From assembly GCA_028287925.1 (NCBI GenBank), contig JAQBOS010000086.1:1-46790 (forward strand): a stretch of DNA of 46,790 bases, read 5' to 3'. Position numbers and translations under genes: made by a program. The stretch is from Mucilaginibacter sp. Its GTDB lineage: Bacteria; Bacteroidota; Bacteroidia; Sphingobacteriales; Sphingobacteriaceae. Shown here one piece after another: positions 16,895 through 26,585 of the stretch (position 1 is the stretch's first letter; each line of letters begins with the position of its first letter). The notes beneath the pieces were generated by a model. It had not been told where the DNA came from, did not search any database, and saw only the letters and a list, made by a program, of their open reading frames with translations.

Positions 16895-17223
16895 GTAGCA
16901 GATGGCATTATTTTACTCGGTGAAAATATTTAATTAATTGAATTTAAGCGTGTTAATGCAGTTTATCAGCATTCATTATTTCGGCTAAACCTATTTCATG
17001 GCCTATACAAAATGCTGATAAAACACTTATGGAAGCATCAGTTTGCCCCCAACTCTATGTAGAAAACCTGGCGGTAATCTATCGCGGATAATTCAGCAAG
17101 TCTTTCCATGGAAAGCTTTTTTGGGGTGCTAAGACTTTTTGCCCTTAAGACTAAAAGGGCCAAACTGGGGAACAAGTAAGTTTATGAGAAACCTAATACT
17201 GGATTTAGACTAATCTTTGTTCG

Positions 17224-17967
17224 TTATCGCTTCCGTGAAGTTTTAAGTAGTTTGTTGGATAAGTAGCAAGTGAAATTTTCCCTGTAACTCTCACCAACAG
17301 TAAAGGATAAATTATTATTCATCCTAATCGTATTTCCCTCGATATAGTTGATGCAATCGGTCGAAATGATAAAGGCTCTATGAAACTGTTTAAATTCATT
17401 ACGAGATCCTAATAGTTCCAAAATATCTTTGATTGTTAAATAAGCGGTTAGGATTTTATTGCTGGCCAAATGTATTTTAACATAATTGTGTGAACTTTCA
17501 AAAGCAATAACTTCTTTATATCCGACTTTGACTATTCGCAAATCTTCCTCTTTATTTTTAACAAGGAAGTATTCATCATCTTGGGACAATTCTGAAATCC
17601 TTACTGGCTTTTCATTTGGAAATAATCGATTGATCGTCATGGAAAATTTTCCAAAAGTGAAGGGTTTTAAGAGATATGCATCACCTTCCACTTCAAAAGC
17701 TTCAAACGCATACTTTGAATGGGACGTAATGAATATTAATTTTTTGGTTTTGTGCCTGATAGCTTTCGCTAATTCTATTCCAGACAAAAATGGCATATCG
17801 ATATCCATAAAAATCAAGTCGATATTGTTTTCCAGGGTTACGCTTTCTAAAGCCTCAAGAGGGTTTTTATATATATCTACGACATTTAGTTTTGGGAGAA
17901 GTTCGATGTATTTTAGAATCGCATCAACAGAAAATTGTTCATCATCAATAATAATACAATTCAACAT
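17224..17967 (-). CDS. LytTR-family response regulator
   Basis: REC domain IIIDDE..FMDIDMP..YLLKP; LytTR domain FKQFHRAFII. Confidence 0.95.
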   Translation of the reverse strand: MLNCIIIDDEQFSVDAILKYIELLPKLNVVDIYKNPLEALESVTLENNIDLIFMDIDMPFLSGIELAKAIRHKTKKLIFITSHSKYAFEAFEVEGDAYLLKPFTFGKFSMTINRLFPNEKPVRISELSQDDEYFLVKNKEEDLRIVKVGYKEVIAFESSHNYVKIHLASNKILTAYLTIKDILELLGSRNEFKQFHRAFIISTDCINYIEGNTIRMNNNLSFTVGESYRENFTCYLSNKLLKTSRKR

Positions 17968-18449
17968 ATGTTCTTATTGTTATGCCGATCAGAAGGTTTA
18001 CCCATTTAGGCTGGGCAAACACTTCTCTTACGACAAAGTAAGTAATATTTTATATTAACCTGTAAATTTGTATAGTTAGTTTTATAATTGTTACGTAATT
18101 AACCTATTCTATATGAGGACTGTCTGGTAAATTTCTTCCTAAGCAACAATTTTGAAAGCCCCTAAAAACAACTAATTAACTAAATTAATCGTAATAAAGG
18201 TAATGCCCTCCTTTGTTACCCCAAAAGGAGTGTTTTCTACATAGAAAGGTTTGTTTTCTTAATTGATAAATAAATGCTGTAAAACAGCATTGTAAAATAG
18301 ATAGCTGCCCTTGCTTAATTGCCCGATATAATTGTCCCTAATTAAATATTGCCCTATCTGTGATCATTCGATTCGGATAAAAAAATATCATAATGAATAG
18401 TGAGCTACTATGATAAAATTACGGATTTTGTGCAATTAGTTTCTTTTAT

Positions 18450-19193
18450 ATGAATATAAATAAATGCATTATCATAGATGATGAGCCTTACGCTATTGAA
18501 GGACTTAAAAATTATATCGGCTCAATTCCAAATTTAAGCGTATTTAAATCGTACACTGATCCGGTGCAGGCACTAATCGAACTGGCAGCTTCTGACATGG
18601 TTGATTTAATCCTTTTAGATATAGACATGCCTAAAATAACAGGGATTGAGTTATCCAGGGAAATCAGGCAAAAAACCCGTAAACTGGTATTTACGACCTC
18701 CTACACCCAATATGGTTATCAGGCATTTGAAGTGGAGGCGGACGCTTACCTGCTAAAGCCATACACCTTGTCCAAGTTTGCTGCTACAATTTCAAAATTG
18801 TTTCCAAAAGAAGAAAAGTTTAGGCTGGAAGGTAACGTAACTGATGATTATTTTTTTGTCAAGAATAAGGATGACCATTTAAAAATCGTAAAAATCAGGT
18901 ATGACGAAGTGATCGCGGTGGAAAGCAAACAAAATTATGTCATGATCCATACGCCAACCAAAAAAGTTCTCACCTATATGTCGCTTACTGAAATTTCCAA
19001 AATTTTCAGACCCGTTCGGAAATTTGAGCAGTTTCAGCGCAGTTTTATTATTGGTAAAGATCACATCGATTCGATTGACGGCAACACAATCAAAATGGTC
19101 AATGGTCTTCAGATTACTGTTGGCGAATATTTCAGAAAGGATTTTTCGACATTTTTATCGGAAAAACTTATAAAGGCAAGGCGTAAAGAATGA
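18450..19193 (+). CDS. LytTR-family response regulator (divergent paralog)
   Basis: REC domain IIIDDE..LLDIDMP..YLLKP; FEQFQRSFII. Confidence 0.95.
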   Translation: MNINKCIIIDDEPYAIEGLKNYIGSIPNLSVFKSYTDPVQALIELAASDMVDLILLDIDMPKITGIELSREIRQKTRKLVFTTSYTQYGYQAFEVEADAYLLKPYTLSKFAATISKLFPKEEKFRLEGNVTDDYFFVKNKDDHLKIVKIRYDEVIAVESKQNYVMIHTPTKKVLTYMSLTEISKIFRPVRKFEQFQRSFIIGKDHIDSIDGNTIKMVNGLQITVGEYFRKDFSTFLSEKLIKARRKE

Positions 19194-19215
19194 CGCCTTT
19201 GCCTTTATTAAAACG

Positions 19216-19374
19216 TTAATTTGAACGACCTGCATTGAAAACACCAGTTTTCGTCATGGTTATCATGCTCGTTGTTGGGTCTGTCCCCTCTGTTTCAGTA
19301 ACGTTTTTTAACGAGTTTTGGGGTTTGTACACAAAAAGTGTAGTGTCGGGGATCTTAAAATGTTTCTGTTTCAT
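19216..19374 (-). CDS. 52-aa Cys-free Thr/Ser-rich putative RiPP precursor (candidate LanB substrate)
   Basis: Manual translation MKQKHFKIPDTTLFVYKPQNSLKNVTETEGTDPTTSMITMTKTGVFNAGRSN; fills the gap between LytTR and the kinase; below the ORF-track size cutoff. Confidence 0.75.
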   Translation of the reverse strand: MKQKHFKIPDTTLFVYKPQNSLKNVTETEGTDPTTSMITMTKTGVFNAGRSN

Positions 19375-19466
19375 AGCGTTTTTTTATGAAACTTATATTG
19401 AATTTTAACCCGATAAAAAATAGTTATACAGAACTATATTTTTTCTATTTAGAAAGGGCGACTATC

Positions 19467-20597
19467 ATGAAAAGAATATTTTCCAGTTGGTTCAAAAAAT
19501 ACAGGATTCATATATTAGTATGGATAATATTTATTTTATATGAATCAATTACAATAGGCTGGCTACTTGGCGTGTTCGGCAATCCAATAACTTATGCTGC
19601 ACATTATATTATTATTATTTCCCTCTTTTATTTTCATGCCAACTGGTCAATGCCCTGGGCACTGACTAACAATAAAAGGATACTGTGGAAGGTCCCAGCC
19701 ATCTTGGTGCTGGAAATAGTGGTATTTATTTTAATATCTTTTTTTACTGATAAATTATTGATCATTACCCATATTCTGTTTAACAAGGGCCCTCTGATAC
19801 TAAACCTTCAATATAGCTTAAAAACATTCTTTAGAGACCTTTATTTTATTGGATTTTCTACAGGCTATTACTTTCTACTTACTTATAATAAGGAAAAAAG
19901 GAAGACAAATGAACTTGAAAAACAGCGATTAAAAGACATTATTTACCAGCAGAAATCGGAGCAGGATCTAACCAAGGCACAAAATGCATATTTAAAAGCG
20001 CAGATAAACCCGCATTTTTTATTCAACACATTAGACTTTGTTTATCACAATATTTTGACCTTATCGCCAAATGCAGCGGACACAATTATCACATTATCTG
20101 AGATGATGCGTTATGCAATAGATTCTGATAAAATGGGTGATTTTATTCCGTTAGGAGATGAAATAGATCAGGTTGAAAATCTTGTGTATTTAAACCAGAT
20201 CCGGAAGAACCATGAGTTAGGTTTCATTCTGGAATACGAAGAAAATGTCCGGCAAATCTATCTTACTCCTTTAGTCCTGCTGACAATTGTAGAAAACATC
20301 TTCAAGCACGGCAACCTTACAGAAGACGGACATAATGCATTAGTCCATGTTTATTTGAAGAATGAAACATTTTTTATTGAAACGGACAATTTGATTAACC
20401 TTAGAACTAAAGGAGCAGGCAATAATAAAGGCATGAGTAATACAGAACAAAGATTAAAATATGCTTACGGAGATAATATTTTATTTAACTATTATTCTGA
20501 CGAATCAAGTCATTTTAAGGTTCAGTTGAGTATTCCGCTGAAACAGCTGAAATACCCCGGCGAGCCTTTAATATTTTTACCAGATACTGATATATAA
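19467..20597 (+). CDS. LytS/YehU-type membrane histidine kinase
   Basis: About four TM helices, AQINPHFLFNTL H-box, VENIFKHG; likely start MKRIFSSW at 19467 (ORF track 19386). Confidence 0.92.
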   Translation: MKRIFSSWFKKYRIHILVWIIFILYESITIGWLLGVFGNPITYAAHYIIIISLFYFHANWSMPWALTNNKRILWKVPAILVLEIVVFILISFFTDKLLIITHILFNKGPLILNLQYSLKTFFRDLYFIGFSTGYYFLLTYNKEKRKTNELEKQRLKDIIYQQKSEQDLTKAQNAYLKAQINPHFLFNTLDFVYHNILTLSPNAADTIITLSEMMRYAIDSDKMGDFIPLGDEIDQVENLVYLNQIRKNHELGFILEYEENVRQIYLTPLVLLTIVENIFKHGNLTEDGHNALVHVYLKNETFFIETDNLINLRTKGAGNNKGMSNTEQRLKYAYGDNILFNYYSDESSHFKVQLSIPLKQLKYPGEPLIFLPDTDI

Positions 20598-23367
20598 TCG
20601 CCTCGTGAATTCGCTGGTCGGAAATAAAAAGCCGGTTAATGTGCATATGCAGTAAATCTGCTGTCAGATTTATTTTGTCAGTATTGTTATCGCATTGATT
20701 CATGATTTCGACAAATTCAATTTCATAGCGATCATGCAACTTGTCTAAACCAGGTACAATTGTAATCACTAAAGATTCTTTATGCCTTTGAAACGATTGA
20801 TTTATTTTTTTGAAACTTTCCTGGTTCATACTTAATTCCTTTTTAAAACTATCTGCCATATTGGTGACAAACAAAATTTGAGCGTTAATCTCTTCAAAAC
20901 AACTTTCTATCAATCTTTGCATAGTTACCAGGGTAATAGCATAAAGTTGTACTGTTGAATATTTCTTCGCCAATAGGGATAAAATCGCTCTGCTATCAGT
21001 ATAGAAAAACCCTTCAACCAGGCTAATCCGGCTCGAACCGTACCGCTGGACTTCGCGTATATATGTCCTTATTTGTATGTCTGAAATTAATCCCGATAAA
21101 AAATCTTGTTCCAATAAAGAATTAAGCCGGTTGATGAAAAGATACCCCTGAGATATTTCTTTTAATTGCACGCGTAATCGGAGGTGTGGCTTAGGATCGT
21201 CATAGCGGATAAAAAACCATTGCTTAATATTTTGCCTGCCCTCTTTTAAAAACACAGCAACCTGGTTAAGTAAGACGGCGTTTCTTCGGGATTGATGGCA
21301 ATAAATTTCGAAATACAGCCAGTCGCTTCCTGGAAATGATATGCTTTTGACTGGATGATTTTGTTCCTTACCATTTGCAAAGTTTTGAAGACCCGAATAA
21401 ACTCTATTTTCATGGCCGTAGTTTAAAATATATTCGGCCACATATGGCTTTCCTTTATCATCTTTAATAGATACTTCCTTTGATAATAAAGCTTCAGAAA
21501 TATACATATACTTTTGTTGATTTTGACGGCAAAAGAGCAAAAACGCAATCATATCGGTTGCTATTTTGGGGTCAAAGCAAAGTGTCTGGTCTGAAAAGCC
21601 TGTTTTAAAAAGAGAATTAATACCACATTTCTGTAGCCAGTTTCCCAAAATCGTCAAAGCTTTTAGTGGCTCATCACCATCATTGATTTTCAAGATGTCC
21701 GGCGGGACTTGCCACATGGCTGGGGAAACAATTATATTTTTATATACTACCCTCGGATAACGATCCAGGTTGGGAAAAAATTGCTGAATCTTAAAACTCA
21801 GGTCGGATCTGATCCCCTGGTGCTGGAGATCACAAAGAAACCGGTAGACTGCAAGGTCTGAACGGGTATAATTATAGGCCGATGGAATTCGTGGAACGAG
21901 TCTTTTACCAAACTTCTTTGACCAAAGTATAACTTCAGAATTCCTGACGCCAACCAGAATATCTTCAAAATGAATTGGGGAGGGGTCGTTTGACCAGGTT
22001 AATATAGGCAGTTCGTATTTATAAAGCTGCTTCCGGCGGTTTACATTATCAACTTGTTTTTCCGCCTGATATGCAATGTCAAAAAAAAGTATTTCTGGGT
22101 TTGCTTTCTCTTCTAAAGACGAGATCTGCTGACCTAATTTCTCAAGTTCCGGGCTGGCGATAGTAAAACGACCTATTAGTGCGTTCGCTGTACAGCCCCC
22201 TAAGCTTACAATAACCGGTTTGTCGCCATAGAAATGTAGCATGACACTAAAACTGTTAGGTAGTGGCAATGAACTCTCGGTTTTAGTGTTTTCAAATTCC
22301 TCTAACCGTATGTCACCATTTTTCATTAAGGCATTCAATAAAAAAAGATGTAATTTGGTGTAGGATATCTGTAATTCCTGGCGATCCTTCTCATTTACTG
22401 AATCTAAAATATCTATCAGCTCCTGATCGCTCAAATGATTGCCAAGGTTGCCATAGCCAATCCCGATTTCCGGGTCCATTGCAATAGTGAGCGGAACTGC
22501 AGCAAGTTCAAACTTTTTAAGGAATGCGTTGCGAAAATCACTTAATTGACTATTTCCTGAAGTGGGCAAATTCAAATGTAAAAGTTTGACCAACTCAGAA
22601 ATATCTTTGACTTTCCTGCTATTAAGACCCCCAGATAATAATTTACGTTCTGAGATAACGTACACTTTGTTTGATGTCTCCCGTTCAATTTTTAACCGAT
22701 CAAAATAATCGTCACCAGTTATATTTGGAAGCAGTTCTGTTAACAGGAGTTGAAGACTTAATAATTGCTCAAGCAGAATGTTAAGGTCCTTTACATTCAG
22801 TTGGTAATTGGATTGCATGTATCCATAAACTTCCTGTTTATTTGTTTTTTCCTTGCACAGCCTTAAAATACCGGTAAGTTCTGGGAACTCCATTACTGAA
22901 GTCATTTCAAAACATTCATTTTTAAAACGGATAAAACGTATTTCATCGCCGACTGTGTAGACTGTGGAGTTTGTTTGAAACCATGATGAACATTTAACAA
23001 CTTTGCTGAAATCTTCAATGTATTTATCCTTTTCCCCCCAGTCTATAAATTGTTTGGCAAAAATATTTTGATTCAATATCAAGGGGGAAGAATCTTCTTT
23101 TGAAAACGGGATAGGTGTAAATGCAGCGAAGCCACCAAAAGGCGTTGCTCTATATTTTGCTCTATTAAAATATTTCCAAATGGAAAAGCCTATTTTTTTA
23201 TTGGCTGTTTCTATTGAAGGAAAATCAATATGTTCAATGGTCTGGTAAAAAGAAGGTGAAGCCTCACTGATAAGAGTTTTTAGTTCCTGCCATTTTTCTT
23301 CTATGGTATCATCTACGCTGAATACAGGCGTCCGGCAAATAACTATATCCAACAAATTCAACTTCAT
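20515..23367 (-). CDS. lanB: Class I lanthipeptide-type dehydratase (glutamylation plus elimination domains)
   Basis: CRTP, KYFNRAKYRATPFGGFA, YPRV; C-terminal WFFIRYDDPKPHLRLR, YIREVQRYG, HMHINRL; 950 aa. Confidence 0.93.
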   Translation of the reverse strand: MKLNLLDIVICRTPVFSVDDTIEEKWQELKTLISEASPSFYQTIEHIDFPSIETANKKIGFSIWKYFNRAKYRATPFGGFAAFTPIPFSKEDSSPLILNQNIFAKQFIDWGEKDKYIEDFSKVVKCSSWFQTNSTVYTVGDEIRFIRFKNECFEMTSVMEFPELTGILRLCKEKTNKQEVYGYMQSNYQLNVKDLNILLEQLLSLQLLLTELLPNITGDDYFDRLKIERETSNKVYVISERKLLSGGLNSRKVKDISELVKLLHLNLPTSGNSQLSDFRNAFLKKFELAAVPLTIAMDPEIGIGYGNLGNHLSDQELIDILDSVNEKDRQELQISYTKLHLFLLNALMKNGDIRLEEFENTKTESSLPLPNSFSVMLHFYGDKPVIVSLGGCTANALIGRFTIASPELEKLGQQISSLEEKANPEILFFDIAYQAEKQVDNVNRRKQLYKYELPILTWSNDPSPIHFEDILVGVRNSEVILWSKKFGKRLVPRIPSAYNYTRSDLAVYRFLCDLQHQGIRSDLSFKIQQFFPNLDRYPRVVYKNIIVSPAMWQVPPDILKINDGDEPLKALTILGNWLQKCGINSLFKTGFSDQTLCFDPKIATDMIAFLLFCRQNQQKYMYISEALLSKEVSIKDDKGKPYVAEYILNYGHENRVYSGLQNFANGKEQNHPVKSISFPGSDWLYFEIYCHQSRRNAVLLNQVAVFLKEGRQNIKQWFFIRYDDPKPHLRLRVQLKEISQGYLFINRLNSLLEQDFLSGLISDIQIRTYIREVQRYGSSRISLVEGFFYTDSRAILSLLAKKYSTVQLYAITLVTMQRLIESCFEEINAQILFVTNMADSFKKELSMNQESFKKINQSFQRHKESLVITIVPGLDKLHDRYEIEFVEIMNQCDNNTDKINLTADLLHMHINRLFISDQRIHEAIIYQYLVKILKARRGISAVSAEYSTEP

Positions 23368-23484
23368 AGTAAATTTCCAAACAAGCCGGAATGGGATTCG
23401 CTCCGTGACTTGACCCTGTTTTATTTCTTCAAAAGAATGATTATTTGATGTTCTAACTCACTGTTTTTTATACAATGGGCCAAT

Positions 23485-23516
23485 TTCGGGACAGAAAGGG
23501 GGGAATTCGGGAGATA
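23485..23516 (-). promoter_or_regulatory. 21-bp-period direct repeat TCCCGAA upstream of lanB (LytTR-type spacing)
   Basis: Minus strand TATC-TCCCGAA-N14-TCCCGAA; the same motif occurs at 37199-37232. Confidence 0.55.
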
Positions 23517-23895
23517 TCTACCTTACCAATTGGTAAACGATATTTAAACAATAGTTAATTTTATTCAATTTTATTTGGCCCCTACTTTACCAGAAAGTTG
23601 AAAGCGTCTCCAGTGCTTAATATTAATAAGAAACTCGTGCTTGGATGGATAAAAAGGGAAGGTAAAATTGAGTGTTGTTGTAAATTTTCTACATCTATCT
23701 ATGATAAAGGCCGAAGCAGTTGATCAAACAACAGTAATAATAATATTAAGAGGTGTATTTAAAGATACTCCAAATGTAAATTTCATTTTGGGTATGGGTA
23801 AAAAAATAATACACAAGGCGCAGCCATATTATCAGTTGAAATTTGGATATACGCTATTCTTCTTGAAACGAGGCCCGGACAAATAATTCACGATT

Positions 23896-24834
23896 ATGCT
23901 GGTATTCGGAACTCAAATTCATATTGTCACTGCTATTTTTATCGGACTTGAAATTTTGATGTTCATATTTAATTTGGCCAGTTACTTCTATTGGCCGAAC
24001 GATAAAAATCGTGGCTGGTACTTATTATTATTGTTTTTGATGCTGCTATACAACATCACATGCGGCCTTTTTCCTGATCCCCAATTTAACATTCCCCTGA
24101 ACGTACAGGAAATGATCGCCTACGGTACTGGTTTCCTGATGGCTTCCTATTTCCCATTCTATTTTTATAAGGTGTTTGATTTGAAAAACCTGCGCTGGCA
24201 TGCACTTATTGGAGTACCTCTATTCCTGATACTTCCTTATATAACCTTCTTTGTTATCTGCTATTCAATTAATGGCAAATTACAGTTAGACATCCGTTAT
24301 GGTATGGTTGTTCCTTTATTTTATGGGCTTGTCCTACTTAAGGTTATCTTCGGTTCTATCCGGGAAAAATATAAAACAGATCGTGATAAAAACCAATACA
24401 TTGAGGAGGTAGCAGTGTATTGTGCTATCAGCCCCTGGGCGGCTTTGGCTTTTTTCGAAATGGTAGAAGAGAGCCAGTTGACAGAGATCGTTTGCACAAA
24501 TTTTGGCATCCTCCTAATTTCCGCCCTGTTTTTGACAAGATCGATCAGTAATGCGCGACAAGAGTTTGATAAAAAACAAAATGTGCTGAATATTGATGGA
24601 ATTAGATCGGAGGAATTTTTGGCAAATTGTGTGCATCACGGCTTGACCAGGACAGAGATTCTAATAGTTCAAAAAATATACAAAGGCATGAAGAATATCG
24701 AGATTGCCAACACCATGTTTATATCAGAAGAAACAGTAAAAAAGCATATTCAAAACATTTTCCGAAAAACAGCGGTTCAAAATCGGTCAGCATTGATTCA
24801 TAGGCTTCAAAATCATCGTAAGTGTTTAATTTGA
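23896..24834 (+). CDS. Membrane-embedded LuxR-family regulator (multi-TM sensor plus C-terminal HTH)
   Basis: About seven hydrophobic segments; LTRTE..KGMKNIEIANTMFISEETVKKHIQNIFRK. Confidence 0.9.
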   Translation: MLVFGTQIHIVTAIFIGLEILMFIFNLASYFYWPNDKNRGWYLLLLFLMLLYNITCGLFPDPQFNIPLNVQEMIAYGTGFLMASYFPFYFYKVFDLKNLRWHALIGVPLFLILPYITFFVICYSINGKLQLDIRYGMVVPLFYGLVLLKVIFGSIREKYKTDRDKNQYIEEVAVYCAISPWAALAFFEMVEESQLTEIVCTNFGILLISALFLTRSISNARQEFDKKQNVLNIDGIRSEEFLANCVHHGLTRTEILIVQKIYKGMKNIEIANTMFISEETVKKHIQNIFRKTAVQNRSALIHRLQNHRKCLI

Positions 24835-24840
24835 GCCCAT

Positions 24841-24922
24841 TTGTCATTAAAAATACCACTATTTAGTAATGCCAAATCCCTGATTTGAGTATTTATCTCG
24901 CCTTGCGTCCAAAGTAACTTTG
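24841..24922 (+). promoter_or_regulatory. Promoter of the Crp-family gene with two tandem palindromic boxes
   Basis: Bacteroidota -7 element TAACTTTG at 24915; boxes at 24854-24868 and 24877-24891; near-copy at 37465-37546. Confidence 0.65.
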
Positions 24923-24987
24923 CCTCAGTTTAAACTACCTATTGGGAACAACCAGGCACTTAATTCCAATTATTTTTAATAATTATT

Positions 24988-25596
24988 ATGCAGAAAGACA
25001 CATTATACAAGGTTCTTTTTACCAAGAATCAATTACCTAAAGAATTGAGGTATGAGGTAAATAGAAAGAAATTAACCCAGTTTATTGATTCCAAAATTGG
25101 ATTTAGTCGTCATAGGCGTCGCCAACTCATTTTGAATACAGGACAAATTGCAGATCATATCTATTTTGTTGAACATGGAATAGCAAGGGGTTTTTATTAT
25201 GACAAAATGGAGAAGAAGGAGCAAACCGTAAGTCTTTGGGTTGAACAATCAATTATAACTGAACCTAATAGCTTCTTTAAAAATACACCTTCAGAATTGT
25301 ATATAGAAGTGTTACCTGGTACCCAATTAATTTCACTTTCACGACAGCACTTGATGGAAATATATAAGAAATTTCCATACACTACAATCTTCACCCAATG
25401 TTTAACATTACAATACGTTACGTATCACACCAAAAGGACGCACGACCTAATCAGTCTCAATGCCTGGGACAGATATATAGACCTGCTTAAAACCCATCCA
25501 AATATAGAGCAAAAGATTTCCAAAGATATAATTGCATCATACCTCGGAATTACACCACAATCACTTAGCCGTTTGATTAAAAACAATGGCTACTAA
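24988..25596 (+). CDS. Crp/Fnr-family transcriptional regulator
   Basis: IYFVEHGIARGFY; C-terminal IASYLGITPQSLSRL. Confidence 0.93.
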   Translation: MQKDTLYKVLFTKNQLPKELRYEVNRKKLTQFIDSKIGFSRHRRRQLILNTGQIADHIYFVEHGIARGFYYDKMEKKEQTVSLWVEQSIITEPNSFFKNTPSELYIEVLPGTQLISLSRQHLMEIYKKFPYTTIFTQCLTLQYVTYHTKRTHDLISLNAWDRYIDLLKTHPNIEQKISKDIIASYLGITPQSLSRLIKNNGY

Positions 25597-25638
25597 CCAG
25601 TCAATATTGACTTGAAAATCTGTATCAATTGATAACTC

Positions 25639-25680
25639 ATTTCTGAACAAATGGTAAGTGATTTCTGAACCAATGCTTAC
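25639..25680 (+). promoter_or_regulatory. Tandem 22-bp-period boxes (ATTTCTGAAC), degenerate Crp/Fnr-like sites
   Basis: ATTTCTGAAC at 25639 and 25661, directly after the Crp gene. Confidence 0.45.
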
Positions 25681-25750
25681 ACTTTTTAGGAATGTTCGAA
25701 CGTACCTTTATTTCAATATTTAACCAATAAGAAACAAGCCATATTAACCA

Positions 25751-25999
25751 ATGGGAAACTTGATTTATATAATGGAGGTAGGAACCAATCAAAAAATAGC
25801 GATGATCATAATCATTGCATCACTCTTGATTCAAGTTATACTTATTTGCATTAGATCCTATTTTCGTTACTACCCGGTTTTATCCGTAATAATTTTAGAT
25901 TATTTGTTTTCACGAGAAATAACTAAAAACAATAATATTCACGACCGCAAATTTGCTTTGTTTCCGGGTAGCTCCAGGCAGCGATTACAAAAAGAGTAA
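25751..25999 (+). CDS. Hypothetical small membrane protein
   Basis: 82-aa ORF with one hydrophobic stretch; no recognised motif. Confidence 0.3.
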   Translation: MGNLIYIMEVGTNQKIAMIIIIASLLIQVILICIRSYFRYYPVLSVIILDYLFSREITKNNNIHDRKFALFPGSSRQRLQKE

Positions 26000-26113
26000 A
26001 ACTACCTATAGCAGGTATTTTTACTCGGGGTGCTCACCTAAGAAGCTAACTCAAACAACCTTACAATTAGGTTATTGAGTAATCAAAATCGATGGTAAAA
26101 TCAAACACTGTTT

Positions 26114-26572
26114 ATGGAAAGTATGATTTTAAAAAAAGGTAGGGTTCAGCTTTCAGAGCTTGCAAAGGAAAGGCTAACTATATGCATTCGTTTTGTTTGT
26201 ATGTTTTTATTCCTCTATGCAGCATATGCCAAAATAATTGATCATGACCGTTTTTTAACGGGTTTATCAAATGTGCAGATCGTTAGTGCTATTGCGGTTT
26301 ACATTTCCTGGTTTGTTCCAATAGCCGAAATCATCATTTCCTTTTTATTACTGATTCCACAGACCGCTAAGTTAGGGCTTTATGGATTTATTGGTTTAAT
26401 GACCATATTCATTGGTTATATCATCAGTGTTCTGCTTTGGGAAAAATACCTTCCATGCCATTGTGGCGGAGCCATCGAAAAGTTAAGCTGGACACAGCAT
26501 ATATGGTTCAATCTCGCATTTATAATAATTGCCATAATTGCTCTCCGACTTTCTAAGTCAAACAAATCTTAA
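26114..26572 (+). CDS. MauE/DoxX-family redox-associated membrane protein
   Basis: LFLYAAYAKI, VPIAEI, LPCHCGGAIEKLSWTQHIWFN. Confidence 0.9.
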   Translation: MESMILKKGRVQLSELAKERLTICIRFVCMFLFLYAAYAKIIDHDRFLTGLSNVQIVSAIAVYISWFVPIAEIIISFLLLIPQTAKLGLYGFIGLMTIFIGYIISVLLWEKYLPCHCGGAIEKLSWTQHIWFNLAFIIIAIIALRLSKSNKS

Positions 26573-26585
26573 ATAATTACAAAAA

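Noticed and set aside
17486-18058. 190-aa plus-strand ORF
   Set aside because: Antisense shadow of the LytTR gene
18306-18356. TGCCC repeats between the divergent LytTR genes as binding sites
   Set aside because: Short and irregularly spaced; no 21-22-bp period
20515-23367. Classical class I lanthipeptide cluster or PEARL (short LanB)
   Set aside because: No LanC and no Cys in the adjacent peptide; the enzyme retains the elimination domain that PEARLs lack
23668-23886. 72-aa ORF before luxR
   Set aside because: TTG start, no motif, lies in the probable promoter region
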